Source of the DNA: Sedimentisphaerales bacterium
GTDB taxonomy: Bacteria; Planctomycetota; Phycisphaerae; Sedimentisphaerales; SM23-30
DNA length: 64,000 nt
Direction: 5' to 3'
Assembly (NCBI GenBank): GCA_963663805.2
Contig: CAXXMR010000008.1
Coordinates: 32,001-96,000 of the forward strand
The notes under the pieces are model-generated. The model saw nothing but the letters and a program-made list of their open reading frames with translations, was not told the origin of the DNA and did no database searches. The position numbers and the translations under genes are program-made. Positions 41,061-50,952 of this stretch are shown piece by piece. Every line of letters starts with the position of its first letter. Within the stretch, counting starts at the first letter, position 1.

Positions 41061-41270
41061 ATGTCCTCCCGAAAAATTAATGCCCGGCAGATGGAAATTA
41101 ATGAAGAATTCTACGTCTGTCCCGAATGCGGCTACGACAAAGGTTTCCATAACGCTTTCCGCGTCGGTGCCAAACAGAACGGCCATCTGGAACTTTTCCT
41201 GATTTGCCCCAATTGTGCCCAGAAATTCGACCTGGGCCTGGCGGTGTTATTGAAATCTCAGGAACCCTGA
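41061..41270 (+). CDS. Small zinc-ribbon protein
   Basis: CPECG...GFH...CPNC. Starts at the base after the gyrA stop. Confidence 0.75.
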   Translation: MSSRKINARQMEINEEFYVCPECGYDKGFHNAFRVGAKQNGHLELFLICPNCAQKFDLGLAVLLKSQEP

Positions 41271-41331
41271 TGCTGTAGTTTTAGATTATTTCTTATTTAC
41301 CCCCATACCATAATTAGTAGGAGTATTTATT

Positions 41332-42432
41332 GTGGCGGTATTGTCGGTAAAACCCAAAAACCAATGTAAATATGATATTCTGTCATTGGGCGAAATTATG
41401 ATTCGCCTCGATCCGGGCCCTGGTCGTATCCACACCACCCGAACCTTTCAGGTCTGGGAAGGCGGCGGCGAATATAATGTCGCTCGCGGATTGCGGCGTT
41501 GTTTCGGAAAAGATGCCGCCGTGGTAACCGCCATCTGTGATAATCCCGTTGGCAGACTGCTGGAAGACCTCGTTCTCCAGGGCGGCGTAAATATGGAATA
41601 CGTCAACTGGATGCCCTATGACGGCATAGGCCGCGATGTTCGGGTCGGACTCAACTTTACCGAAAAAGGCTATGGCATTCGCGCCGCTGTGGGTTGCAGC
41701 GACCGGGCCAACTCCGCCGCGTCGCAATTAAAAAAAGGGGACATCGACTGGGACAAAATCTTTGGTCGGGACGGTATTCGCTGGTTCCATACCGGCGGAA
41801 TCTTCGCGGCACTTTCTGATACCACGCCCGATCTGGTTATCGAAGCGGTAACCGCTGCCAAAAAACACGGTACTATTGTTTCCTACGACCTCAACTATCG
41901 CAGCTCGCTGTGGAAATCCATCGGCGGACCCGAACGAGCCATGCAGGTTAATCGGGATATCGCTCCGCATGTGGATGTTATGATTGGCAACGAAGAAGAT
42001 TTTACCGCCGCCCTGGGCTTCCACGTTGAAGGGCTCGACGAGGGCTGCTCCAAACTCGACCCTGCCAATTTCCAGAAAATGATTAAGCAGGCAGTGGCGG
42101 CTTTCCCAAATTTCAAAGTCGTTGCCACCACGCTCAGAAACGCCCGCACCGCGACATTTAACGACTGGGGTGCTATAATTTACGCCGACGGTCACTTTCA
42201 CAACGCCACACTTCGTGAGAATCTCGAAATCTACGACCGGGTCGGCGGCGGCGACAGTTTTGCTTCGGGGCTGATTTATGCTCTAATGGAGGGCAAGTCC
42301 GCTCAGGAGGCCGTCAACTACGGTGCCGCTCATGGTGCCCTGGCCATGACCACGCCCGGCGATACCACCATGGCATCTCTCCAGGAAGTAGAAAAAGCAC
42401 TTGCCGGCGGAACCGCGCGAGTTGACCGTTAA
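41332..42432 (+). CDS. kdgK: PfkB-family sugar kinase, 2-keto-3-deoxygluconate kinase-like
   Basis: SLGEIMIRLDP, GGGEYNVA, SYDLNYR..LW, GNEEDF, DRVGGGDSFASG. Confidence 0.85.
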   Translation: MAVLSVKPKNQCKYDILSLGEIMIRLDPGPGRIHTTRTFQVWEGGGEYNVARGLRRCFGKDAAVVTAICDNPVGRLLEDLVLQGGVNMEYVNWMPYDGIGRDVRVGLNFTEKGYGIRAAVGCSDRANSAASQLKKGDIDWDKIFGRDGIRWFHTGGIFAALSDTTPDLVIEAVTAAKKHGTIVSYDLNYRSSLWKSIGGPERAMQVNRDIAPHVDVMIGNEEDFTAALGFHVEGLDEGCSKLDPANFQKMIKQAVAAFPNFKVVATTLRNARTATFNDWGAIIYADGHFHNATLRENLEIYDRVGGGDSFASGLIYALMEGKSAQEAVNYGAAHGALAMTTPGDTTMASLQEVEKALAGGTARVDR

Positions 42433-42456
42433 GTTTACAGACGAAAACAAAAACAG

Positions 42457-42486
42457 AACCTGTCGTTTGACGCGGCAGGTTTTTTT
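42457..42486 (+). terminator. Rho-independent (probably bidirectional) terminator
   Basis: AACCTGTCG-TTTGACG-CGGCAGGTT followed by a T-run, with an A-rich stretch on the other side. Confidence 0.75.
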
Positions 42487-42500
42487 ATATGCAAAATGTC

Positions 42501-43376
42501 TTATAGCGGCAGTATCTCAATTAACCGATGTTTGCCGCCAAAGCCCGCGGCGGTTACATATTGGCAGGCCTGCTCGCTCAGTCTGTCGGTGTGCGCAAAA
42601 TGCAGATGTCCGCAAAATGTCGCTGCTAGATTATCCGATTTTTTCAACAGTTCGATAAACTCAAAAGTTTCCGCCCGGTCCTGGCCCAGCCGCCAGGTCT
42701 GCCGCAGCTCATCGGGGAAATCTTTCGTCCCCATCAAAATCGGCTGTTTCCAGCGTTCGATAGTTTGCGGCACGAGAGTATCAATTTCTATCGGCACATG
42801 ATAAAACATTATCGTCGGGGCACCACCAGCCAGACAGCCCCTCGCAAATTTCAACTGCTCAGCATTGATTTGATAAAGCGAATTGTCAATTACCAATATC
42901 TGCAAATCACCCAGCATTAGACGCTGATAAGATGCCTGCTCGGGCAGAAAATCTTGCAGCAAATGATAATTTTCTTCCCGCATACTTTCTGACCATGCGC
43001 CACCCGGATAATTCCAGTCATGATTGCCGCAGGTATAAATCGACTCAACCGAAAGTTTATGAAATTCCTCCCGAAAAAACTCAACCGAAGCCGCCGACGG
43101 AAAATGAATTATATCGCCCGTAAGCATCACCAAATCAGGCTTCAATTTCTCCGCCCGCCCCATAACGCCAGCGAATGCCTTATCCGACCGACCAAACCAG
43201 CCCGCCTGCTTCAAATCAACATCATTGACCAGCCCTTCATCACGCTCATCCAGCCGGGCAATATGCGAATCGGTCACCTGGAATATCCGCAAAGGCCGTT
43301 TCAATCCCTCGATACCTATCGTCGCACTGTCATCTGTCCAATTGTGAGCGGTTCGCATAACCTTGGCCTTTTTCAT
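42501..43376 (-). CDS. Calcineurin-like metallophosphoesterase
   Basis: DSH, TGD, GNHD, H, GHLH motifs. Confidence 0.88.
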   Translation of the reverse strand: MKKAKVMRTAHNWTDDSATIGIEGLKRPLRIFQVTDSHIARLDERDEGLVNDVDLKQAGWFGRSDKAFAGVMGRAEKLKPDLVMLTGDIIHFPSAASVEFFREEFHKLSVESIYTCGNHDWNYPGGAWSESMREENYHLLQDFLPEQASYQRLMLGDLQILVIDNSLYQINAEQLKFARGCLAGGAPTIMFYHVPIEIDTLVPQTIERWKQPILMGTKDFPDELRQTWRLGQDRAETFEFIELLKKSDNLAATFCGHLHFAHTDRLSEQACQYVTAAGFGGKHRLIEILPL

Positions 43377-43403
43377 AAACAAAACAAGTCAGGCAGACTC
43401 ACT

Positions 43404-44021
43404 TTATTTTTCCGCCCGCCCCAGACTCGCCGATACCATCTTCTGGGCCTCAAAACTGTTGCCCGTAAGAGCTTCCTCAAACCGCGCTTTAATGGTCAGA
43501 TTAACATGCCTGGGCTTTTGTTCGTCCTGCCATTGCAGTTCAAAACGATAATGGTCTGCCAGAGGACCACCCAGCCAATAGCCCGGTAGTTCAGCGCCGG
43601 CGATATGCCAATTCCCCAACTGCTGCGAACCGGATTTTTCCGCCAAATCCCACAACTCAATAGTAACCGCCCCGGCCGCCTTCATTACGTCCCCCTGCCC
43701 GTCCCGTAAATTTATATAAACCACCAGCCCGTCGTCAATGCCGTCTGCGTCCCCATCATAACAACGGGTATAACGCCCCAATTGCATTTCAGTAACGCGG
43801 ACAAGTGTCACTAATTTATTGTTATCAAACCCCCTCAGCACCGCCAGCTGTTTTTCCAGTTCCGAGATATGTCGCTCCTGCTCGGCAAGTTTGCTTTGCA
43901 GATGTGCGTTATCCGCCGCTAAATCAACCTCGGAACCATCCGCCCCATTCTCAGGATTCCCCTGACAGCCGCCCCCTGTCAACAATCCGCCCAGCAGCAG
44001 CAAAATTACCATCCTGGCCAT
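43404..44021 (-). CDS. Putative lipoprotein with coiled coil
   Basis: GGAGG RBS. MARMVILLLLGGLLTGGGC signal/lipobox-like sequence. Confidence 0.7.
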   Translation of the reverse strand: MARMVILLLLGGLLTGGGCQGNPENGADGSEVDLAADNAHLQSKLAEQERHISELEKQLAVLRGFDNNKLVTLVRVTEMQLGRYTRCYDGDADGIDDGLVVYINLRDGQGDVMKAAGAVTIELWDLAEKSGSQQLGNWHIAGAELPGYWLGGPLADHYRFELQWQDEQKPRHVNLTIKARFEEALTGNSFEAQKMVSASLGRAEK

Positions 44022-44089
44022 ATCAATACCTCCGCTGCGAAACCCCGACCTGAACACAGGCCGGGGTTCTAACGATCCGTCGTTCCCGC

Positions 44090-44701
44090 TCAATCCTCAG
44101 ATTTATATTCGGGCATACGCTCCAGAATCTTATCCGCCACCCCGTACTCAACCGACTCCTGAGCCGTCAGCCAGTTATTACGGTCAAAATCACGCTCGAT
44201 GGTGTCGATGTCTTTACCTGTATGATGCACATAAATATCGTAAAGACGACGACGCACCCGCAGCATTTCCTCAGCTTCAATCTGCAAGTCGGTTGCCGGA
44301 CCGGTAATCCGACCGCGAATCAAAGGCTGATGCAGCATGACGCTGGAGTTGGGCAGCATAAAACGTTTGCCCGCCGCACCCCCGCAAAGCAGCAGCGAAC
44401 CCATGCTCGCCGCCAACCCAATGCAGTATGTACTCACATCGCAGCGCAGAAAACGCATCGTGTCATAAACCGCCAGACCCGCCGTAACCGACCCGCCCGG
44501 TGAATTGATATAAAAATGAATATCGCTCTTGCTGTCTTCGTTACTCAAAAACAGCATCTGGGCCACAATCAAATTCGCGGTATCGTCATCAACCACACCA
44601 CCCAAAAAAATCACTCTGTCTTTCAACAGTCGCGAATAAATATCATAAGCACGCTCACCGCGACCGGTCGTCTCGATAACCATAGGTACCAGGTTGGACA
44701 T
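44090..44701 (-). CDS. clpP: ATP-dependent Clp protease proteolytic subunit
   Basis: [28 protein letters not shown] (Ser), MLHQP (His), DRNNW. Confidence 0.96.
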   Translation of the reverse strand: MSNLVPMVIETTGRGERAYDIYSRLLKDRVIFLGGVVDDDTANLIVAQMLFLSNEDSKSDIHFYINSPGGSVTAGLAVYDTMRFLRCDVSTYCIGLAASMGSLLLCGGAAGKRFMLPNSSVMLHQPLIRGRITGPATDLQIEAEEMLRVRRRLYDIYVHHTGKDIDTIERDFDRNNWLTAQESVEYGVADKILERMPEYKSED

Positions 44702-44772
44702 CTCAAACCTCATTTCTTAAAAAAGCGTAGAGCTTTAGCGAACAATAGTGCCGTTGCCTCTTGCCTTAAATA

Positions 44773-45411
44773 TTATTTTTTCTTGTCGGCATCATCCAGA
44801 TGCAGAACTTCATCGATCAGGCCGTACTCTTTTGCCTCGTCGGTACTCATGTATCGGTCACGTTCGGTTTCCGCCTGAATCTTCTCGATTGGCTGACCCG
44901 TGTGGTGAGCCAGCACATCATTTATCATCGCCTTGGTCTTGATGATTTCTTTGGCCTGAAGCTCAATGTCAGAGGCCTGACCGCTAACCCCGCCCCAGGG
45001 CTGATGCAGCATAACTTTGCCGTGCGGCAGGGCGAAACGCTTGCCCTTGGTGCCGGCCGCCAGAATCACCGCCGCCCCGCTGGCGGCATGACCAACACAA
45101 TAAGTACAGACATCCGAACGTATAAATTGCATTGTGTCATAAATCGCCATGGTGTCATCGACACTGCCGCCCGGACTGTTAATGTAAAGATGAATATCAT
45201 TCACCTTCAGATTGTCCAGATAAAGCAGCGACTTAATCAACACCGAACATATTGTGCCGTGACTGGTGATATAAGAAGGGTCCAGCGGCATATCCAGGAA
45301 AACGCAGCGGTTTTCCAACAGCATCTCGTTGAGACCCATCTCACGTGTACGTTGATAACCACCACCGCTCATCTGAGCCGGATTATAAATCATTTCGGGA
45401 CGATTTATCAT
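44773..45411 (-). CDS. clpP: Second ClpP paralog
   Basis: [42 protein letters not shown] before ATG 45411. Confidence 0.93.
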   Translation of the reverse strand: MINRPEMIYNPAQMSGGGYQRTREMGLNEMLLENRCVFLDMPLDPSYITSHGTICSVLIKSLLYLDNLKVNDIHLYINSPGGSVDDTMAIYDTMQFIRSDVCTYCVGHAASGAAVILAAGTKGKRFALPHGKVMLHQPWGGVSGQASDIELQAKEIIKTKAMINDVLAHHTGQPIEKIQAETERDRYMSTDEAKEYGLIDEVLHLDDADKKK

Positions 45412-45551
45412 TGATTTAGTCCTTACAGCTTTATGTTTATTTTTCCGATACCATCCGTTTCCGCGTCGGGCAGGACCAGAGGTCGGGTTGTAGGCCCAAC
45501 CCCCAAAATCCTGGTCCATGTACATTCTATCGGCCTGTTAAGCCCCTGTCC

Positions 45552-46994
45552 TTACTCATTTTCGGACTTTTTCGGCGGCTTGCGCTTGGTAGTCTTTTTC
45601 GACGTCTTTTTCTTGGTGTCTTCCGGGTTATCGGTACTTGCCGCATCGGCAGTAGCCTCCGCCGGGGCATCTACCACCTTGGCCATCTCCAGAATCTTAT
45701 CGATAGCCTTTTCGTCACGAATCTGACGGGCCAGTTCGTTTATCCGACCGCTCTGGGCCATCTCATCACGAACACGCTCCGGACGACGCGCCTGCTGGGA
45801 CGCGATTTGGGCGATAAAAGCGTTGACTTCACTCTCGGAAATATCAATTTCCAGTTTCTCGCATACCGCGTCCATGATAAAGCTCGATTTCAGTTGAGCA
45901 GCCGATTGCTCACTGCTGGAAGTACGGAAATGTTCCATATTCTCTTCCAGTTTCTCCACCGGCACGCCCATCTGCACCAGTTGATAATACTGCTGCATCA
46001 GGAACCGCTGGGCATGACGAGCCGCCACGCCCGCTGGAAGTTCAAAGTCAACCTTGGAGTTCAAATAATCGCGAATCTGTTGGGCCATCGACTGACGGGC
46101 TTCTTTGTCAGAGCGGTCTTCCAGCATTTCTTCGATACGCTCACGCAGCTCCGCCTCGTCCGAAACGCCCAGCCGACCGAACAAATCGTCATTCAGCTCT
46201 GCCGGTTTCAAACGACGGACAGCCTTGACTTCCATTGTCAACTCGGCTTGCTTGCCTCGGTAATCCTCAGTGGAATGGGTGTCAGGGGCTGTCGATTTAG
46301 CCTTGACCACATCGCCAACCTTAACGCCCACCAGACCTTTTTCCAGTTCGGACCACTCGATGCCCATCAGGGCATTGGCACCAGCCCGCATGGGAACATC
46401 GTCACGAACTTCCTCTTCCTCAACGCCCTCAACCTTCAGGGTCGCTTTGCAACGCACCATGTCGTTTTCTTTGCTCTTGTCAACATCCTCGTGCTTGCCA
46501 GCGTTGCGGCAAATCTGCTCGATTTCGTCAGTTACCCGCTTTTCGTCAATATCGACAACCTGCTTGGCAACCTCGATACCTTCCAGTTCCGGCAGTTCAA
46601 ATTCCGGTTTGACTTCAATTTCATACTCAAATTTGAAATCGCCCTCTGCCGGCAGTTCAATGTCTTCCGGTTTCAAGTCCGGCTCGCCCAGTATTTCAAA
46701 ATCCTGCTCTTCTTCGATTTGCTCAAAAGCCTGAGCCAAAAGACGCAGCTTCGCCTGGTCAGAGACATCTTCACCAAAACGCTTTTCCATCAGTCGACGC
46801 GGGGCCCGGCCCTTACGGAAACCCGGTAATACCGCTGAATTCCGCAGTTCCTGGTACTGCTCGTCAAGCTGTTTATCAATTTCCGCACGCGGTATCTCAA
46901 TCGAGATTTTCTTCTTCCATGACCCGCTGTCGGTAATTTCAACTTTGCATTCCAGTTTCTTCTCGTCCTGATTTACTGCTTCATCTTTTGACAT
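45552..46994 (-). CDS. tig: Trigger factor
   Basis: LPGFRKGRAP ribosome-binding signature, EVKPEFELP. Upstream of clpP. Confidence 0.95.
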   Translation of the reverse strand: MSKDEAVNQDEKKLECKVEITDSGSWKKKISIEIPRAEIDKQLDEQYQELRNSAVLPGFRKGRAPRRLMEKRFGEDVSDQAKLRLLAQAFEQIEEEQDFEILGEPDLKPEDIELPAEGDFKFEYEIEVKPEFELPELEGIEVAKQVVDIDEKRVTDEIEQICRNAGKHEDVDKSKENDMVRCKATLKVEGVEEEEVRDDVPMRAGANALMGIEWSELEKGLVGVKVGDVVKAKSTAPDTHSTEDYRGKQAELTMEVKAVRRLKPAELNDDLFGRLGVSDEAELRERIEEMLEDRSDKEARQSMAQQIRDYLNSKVDFELPAGVAARHAQRFLMQQYYQLVQMGVPVEKLEENMEHFRTSSSEQSAAQLKSSFIMDAVCEKLEIDISESEVNAFIAQIASQQARRPERVRDEMAQSGRINELARQIRDEKAIDKILEMAKVVDAPAEATADAASTDNPEDTKKKTSKKTTKRKPPKKSENE

Positions 46995-47060
46995 CTGTAG
47001 CTCCAGTTAAAAATTAGTTTAGATTTACCGTTCAATACTGTTTCCTGAACCTAAAACCAT

Positions 47061-47100
47061 AAAAAAAAGGCTGTTCCGATTTTCGCATCGAAACAACCTT
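47061..47100 (-). terminator. Terminator downstream of tRNA-Gly
   Basis: Minus strand AAGGTTGTTTCGAT-GCGAAA-ATCGGAACAGCCTT followed by a T-run. Confidence 0.75.
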
Positions 47101-47179
47101 AAAAAAACTTGGCCGTTATGACGCGACTCCGACCAACGCCAGGACCTGACGGACCCGATACCTCTCGTCGCTATTCTAA

Positions 47180-47251
47180 AGCGGGTGATGAGACTTGAAC
47201 TCACGACATTCACGTTGGCAACGTGACGCTCTACCACTGAGCTACACCCGC
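47180..47251 (-). tRNA. tRNA-Gly (GCC), CCA not encoded
   Basis: GCGGGTGTAGCTCAGTGGTAGAGCGTCACGTTGCCAACGTGAATGTCGTGAGTTCAAGTCTCATCACCCGCT: cloverleaf with anticodon loop TTGCCAA and GTTCAA T-loop. Confidence 0.96.
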
Positions 47252-47638
47252 GCTTCCAGAACCATAAAATAGCGATTTTCCCGAAACTTGCAACCCATTT
47301 TCTAAGAAAAATCTAAAAAAAGTGGCAGACATCATTTCCTCCCCACTTAACCAAACAAAAAACCAGCCGAGTAAACGCCCGAATGTCCAAACAAGAACCG
47401 AGCCGTGTAAGCGACCGGATGGGAATACCAACCACCAAACCCTATTTTGCGAAAACTATACTATATGGTACTTTTTTAAGAAAAATTACCACCAAAAGGT
47501 GATATAGTATAGTTCAATGCCGCCAAAAATCGAAAAAAACGCCAAAAAAACGTTAAAAACATGTTTTTTGCTACCAAAAATCCCCAAAAAACATCAAAAA
47601 ACGGTGCGTTCAGTCACTGTTTTGTAAATAAATCTGAG

Positions 47639-48607
47639 TTATTGGGAAGGCTTCAGGGTTTTTACCACCTCATCCACCCCCGGCCATCCGCCATCCTGCC
47701 CCACGCAAACCGCCAAAGTATTCCCCAGAGGACGCCAGTGCTGCCAGTTGGATTTGCCAAAAATCACCACTCCCAGCACTTCGCAAATACCCGCTAAATG
47801 ACTTAAACCACTGTCGTTACCTGCATAACCCGCACAATTCCGCAATATTTCCGCCAGTTCGCCCACCGCCAGACCTCTGAGCACCTTACCTGCCGCCGTC
47901 AGTGTTTCTATTTCGCCGTTGACCCATTTTTCTTCCTCTACCGGCCCCAATACAAAAACCGGCACAAATCCTTCTGCCTCCAATCTGCCCGCCATCTCCA
48001 AAAAATTCGCCAAAGGCCAGCATTTATTTGCCCCGCCGCTGCCCGGTGCCAATATTACCGCCCGGCCTTCAATGCCATATTTTCCCAATACCCCTTCGTC
48101 AGAATCACTATTCCAAAACGGTCCGGCCAATAATCCGCCCTGAATTTTCATTCGCGGCCAGAAAAACTGCTCCGCCAGTTGGCTCAGAAAATATTCGCTC
48201 ACATGCCCGCCAAAATTCGTGTCAGGCCTAAGTTGCAGACTGTAAACATCCGTCGCTGAGGTCATATTGGCCACATAAAACAGATTCCGCTCGAAATGCC
48301 CCGCCTCGTCGCTCAGAAAAGTCACAATTTTTTCATAGGGTTTCAACAAATCCACCAGCCGGTCACCCTCCGGCACATCAAAACTGTCGTGGTCCTCAAA
48401 AAGTCTTTGCAGCCCCGTCCCTTCCAGCGACATCACCCGGCTAAACACACTGCGACCAGCCAGAAAACCCAGATTATCAGCCCGGCCCATAATTTCCACC
48501 GCGTCCACCCCGCCTTGTTCCAGCAGCAGCCGGCCCAGAGGTAAAGTCACAATGCCGTCACCCAACGCCCCCGGCTGAATTATCAAGGCCCGACGATGGC
48601 AAAACAT
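47639..48607 (-). CDS. Glycosyltransferase family 9 (heptosyltransferase-like)
   Basis: PGALGD, APGSGGANKCWP..NF, GNDSGLSHLAG, FG.S....WRP. Confidence 0.88.
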   Translation of the reverse strand: MFCHRRALIIQPGALGDGIVTLPLGRLLLEQGGVDAVEIMGRADNLGFLAGRSVFSRVMSLEGTGLQRLFEDHDSFDVPEGDRLVDLLKPYEKIVTFLSDEAGHFERNLFYVANMTSATDVYSLQLRPDTNFGGHVSEYFLSQLAEQFFWPRMKIQGGLLAGPFWNSDSDEGVLGKYGIEGRAVILAPGSGGANKCWPLANFLEMAGRLEAEGFVPVFVLGPVEEEKWVNGEIETLTAAGKVLRGLAVGELAEILRNCAGYAGNDSGLSHLAGICEVLGVVIFGKSNWQHWRPLGNTLAVCVGQDGGWPGVDEVVKTLKPSQ

Positions 48608-48608
48608 A

Positions 48609-49772
48609 TCATTCTCCCGAAAAGGTGTCGGACACTTTTTTTTTCAGCTCATCAGCGTTCAATTCCTCGCGCACCCGCACAAACAATCCGCCTTCCTCTT
48701 GCCGACGATAAAGGTATCGCACTATCCACCCCAGCAATTCACGTTCATCAGACCCCAGCCGCCCATGCGGTTCCCGTTGCATACGCATCAAATTTACATG
48801 GTTTAACAATCCCGCCGCCGCGTCGACGGCCTCGGTCAATCTGAAATCAGCCACCTGAACAATCCCGCCCGGTGTAATCACAAAAGGTCGCACCAGCTGT
48901 TCCAGTTTTCGCTGCCCCTTAAACTTCACACGCGGTCCTGCCTGAAAACCCAGCACATAAAAATCGTCCAGTCCCGCCAGCCATCTGTACGCCGGCCCTG
49001 ACATTTTCTCCAGCGACTTAATTTTATCCTTCAATTTCTGGGCCTGTTCAAACTCCAGATTTTTTGAACATTCCCGCATTCGCTCCGTAAGGTTTGCTGT
49101 GATTTTCTCTGCCGCTCCATCCAATACTCTGGTTGCTTCATTTACCAGAATCTGATAATCATCTGCGTTCATTGTTCCGTCACAGACGATCGCACAACGG
49201 TTCATCTGGGCATAGGTGCAACGTTCCCCGTTTGGTGCCGTCGCTAATATATCATTACAGCGACACAAGCCATAAACATCTTCCAGCGTTTCCAGTATCC
49301 GGTTTGCCGCGGTCTTTTCCGCCAGCGGTCCCCAGTATCTGCCCTCCTTACCCAGCTCATTAACCCGTCGCAAAGCTGGATAATCTGTCCCCTCATCCAG
49401 ATGCACAAACCAAACCTCGAAATTTGGCAGAAGTTCCTTATAGTTGTCCGGGAAGACGGCTTTGGCGATTTGAAAATACGCCAGTTCAGTTTCAAACCGG
49501 CTGTAGGTCTCTCGAAAGAATATCTGTTTGGTCACAGGCCGCAAACGGGCCCGTTTGCTTAGCTGGTCGTCTTGCGGCTCCAAAAGCCGCCGTCGGGCCA
49601 CGTCACGCAAATGCCCCGCCTGAATCAACAGCACCGGCCGATTATCCCGGTCAGCAAAAAGGCAAACCCCCGCACCCGCCGGCAAACCCAGCGTTGCCTG
49701 CCCCGGCTCATCACCGTCATACAAGCCGACCCCCGCCTCAAACAAATCATCCGCCCAGGCAACCTGGCTCAT
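48609..49772 (-). CDS. UvrC-like protein (degenerate GIY-YIG, Cys cluster, UVR domain)
   Basis: LPAGAGVCLFAD, YWGP, LCRC...CTYAQMNRCAIVC, L.ERM...S.NLEFEQAQKLKD. Confidence 0.75.
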   Translation of the reverse strand: MSQVAWADDLFEAGVGLYDGDEPGQATLGLPAGAGVCLFADRDNRPVLLIQAGHLRDVARRRLLEPQDDQLSKRARLRPVTKQIFFRETYSRFETELAYFQIAKAVFPDNYKELLPNFEVWFVHLDEGTDYPALRRVNELGKEGRYWGPLAEKTAANRILETLEDVYGLCRCNDILATAPNGERCTYAQMNRCAIVCDGTMNADDYQILVNEATRVLDGAAEKITANLTERMRECSKNLEFEQAQKLKDKIKSLEKMSGPAYRWLAGLDDFYVLGFQAGPRVKFKGQRKLEQLVRPFVITPGGIVQVADFRLTEAVDAAAGLLNHVNLMRMQREPHGRLGSDERELLGWIVRYLYRRQEEGGLFVRVREELNADELKKKVSDTFSGE

Positions 49773-49802
49773 CTACCTTACCTCCCTCCTTCATCTGCCT
49801 CC

Positions 49803-50276
49803 TCATACTACCATGCCGATTATGCGGGCCTGAAACGCCATCTTGCCGTTTACTATCCCCTGAGTATCGCAAACAAACCGACGTGCGCGGTTCTCAATAA
49901 ATTTTGCCGCTAGATAGAGTTTATCGCCCGGCACCACGGTCTGGCGAAACTTTACATCCTCAATCCCGCCAAATCCGATAAACCGGTCTTCTGCCTGGAC
50001 CTTTTTCGCCGCAAAACTGCATAACTGGGCCGCTGCCTCTACCATCACCACACCCGGCATCAAAGGCCGACCTGGTATATGACCCCGCACCCAGAACTCG
50101 TCTTGACGTATATTCTTATAGCCGACGAATACTCCCTCGTCCGGCTCATAATAAACTATCCCGTCCAGTTGACGCATCTCATAACGATGAGGATTAACAG
50201 CTTCAACTGCTTCGGCATCGAACAAATCTTTTTCCAAATCAATCTTATCCAAATCTACCAGTAACTGGGGCGGCAT
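49803..50276 (-). CDS. fabZ: 3-hydroxyacyl-ACP dehydratase
   Basis: NPHRYEM..LD, RGHIPGRPLMPGVVMVEAAAQ, VKFRQTVVPGD. Confidence 0.85.
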   Translation of the reverse strand: MPPQLLVDLDKIDLEKDLFDAEAVEAVNPHRYEMRQLDGIVYYEPDEGVFVGYKNIRQDEFWVRGHIPGRPLMPGVVMVEAAAQLCSFAAKKVQAEDRFIGFGGIEDVKFRQTVVPGDKLYLAAKFIENRARRFVCDTQGIVNGKMAFQARIIGMVV

Positions 50277-50415
50277 CAACAAACCTTTCTACATAAATAT
50301 ACCGCCGGCGTTTTTGCGATACCCGCAAACCCGCCAGGCGGTAAAGCTCTAATATATCATTACCGACCCAGAATAAACACTAACAGGACCGGGGCGGCAC
50401 TGATGTATTGTCAAA

Positions 50416-50586
50416 TTATTCGCTGCGATTTTCCAGTATCTTCACCCGAACCAGCTGGGCCATCTGTTTGATTTCCTGCATTGATTTGCGGACGCGGGTA
50501 CCGGCAGCCTTATTGCCGCCCTGGGCCTTGATAATATCATCTTCCACAGCGGCTACCATTTCTTTGAGACTTTCATATTCCTGCAT
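50416..50586 (-). CDS. Histone H1-like (Hc1-type) small basic protein
   Basis: MQEYESLKEMVAAVEDDIIKAQGGNKAAGTRVRKSMQEIK. The GNKAAxxRVR motif matches the chlamydial Hc1 N-terminal domain. Confidence 0.75.
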   Translation of the reverse strand: MQEYESLKEMVAAVEDDIIKAQGGNKAAGTRVRKSMQEIKQMAQLVRVKILENRSE

Positions 50587-50952
50587 GTATAATTCCTTTC
50601 CTATTACTCTTTCGCGACTGCCATTTACGTTCTCTTTTCGAACGTCCATTCAAACTTTTCCAGCAGTCTAGTCCCATCCCGTCTCCTTGTCAAAGCATTT
50701 TAACCCCCAAACCGCATTTTTAGCCCAAAAACAGCGATTTTATAACAAGGAGCTATTATTTAAAGCATAAGTTCTTTGTCATAAAATGTTTATGCTTAAT
50801 TAATTTGCCTGCGTCCCTTCATAAACAATCTTTTATCTTTGAATACCACTAACAAATAAGTTATAATACAGCATAGACTTGTTTGTCGAATTTCCCGTCT
50901 GGGAACGTAAGTAGCTTTTTTTGGCAGAATTTAATACAAAAAGGAGAAAACC

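Noticed and set aside
44773..45411. Second ClpP as an inactive ClpR-like subunit
   Set aside because: Ser (AASG), His (MLHQP) and Asp (ERDRY) are all present. Tandem clpP paralogs after tig are common.
45807..46829. 340-aa plus-strand ORF, and similar long antisense ORFs at 673-1536, 30714-31625, 39372-40301 and 51176-52258
   Set aside because: All lie opposite well-supported genes and reflect codon bias.
47180..47640. tRNA-Gly as an integration site for an island
   Set aside because: No integrase and no duplicated tRNA 3' end seen. The flanks are housekeeping genes.
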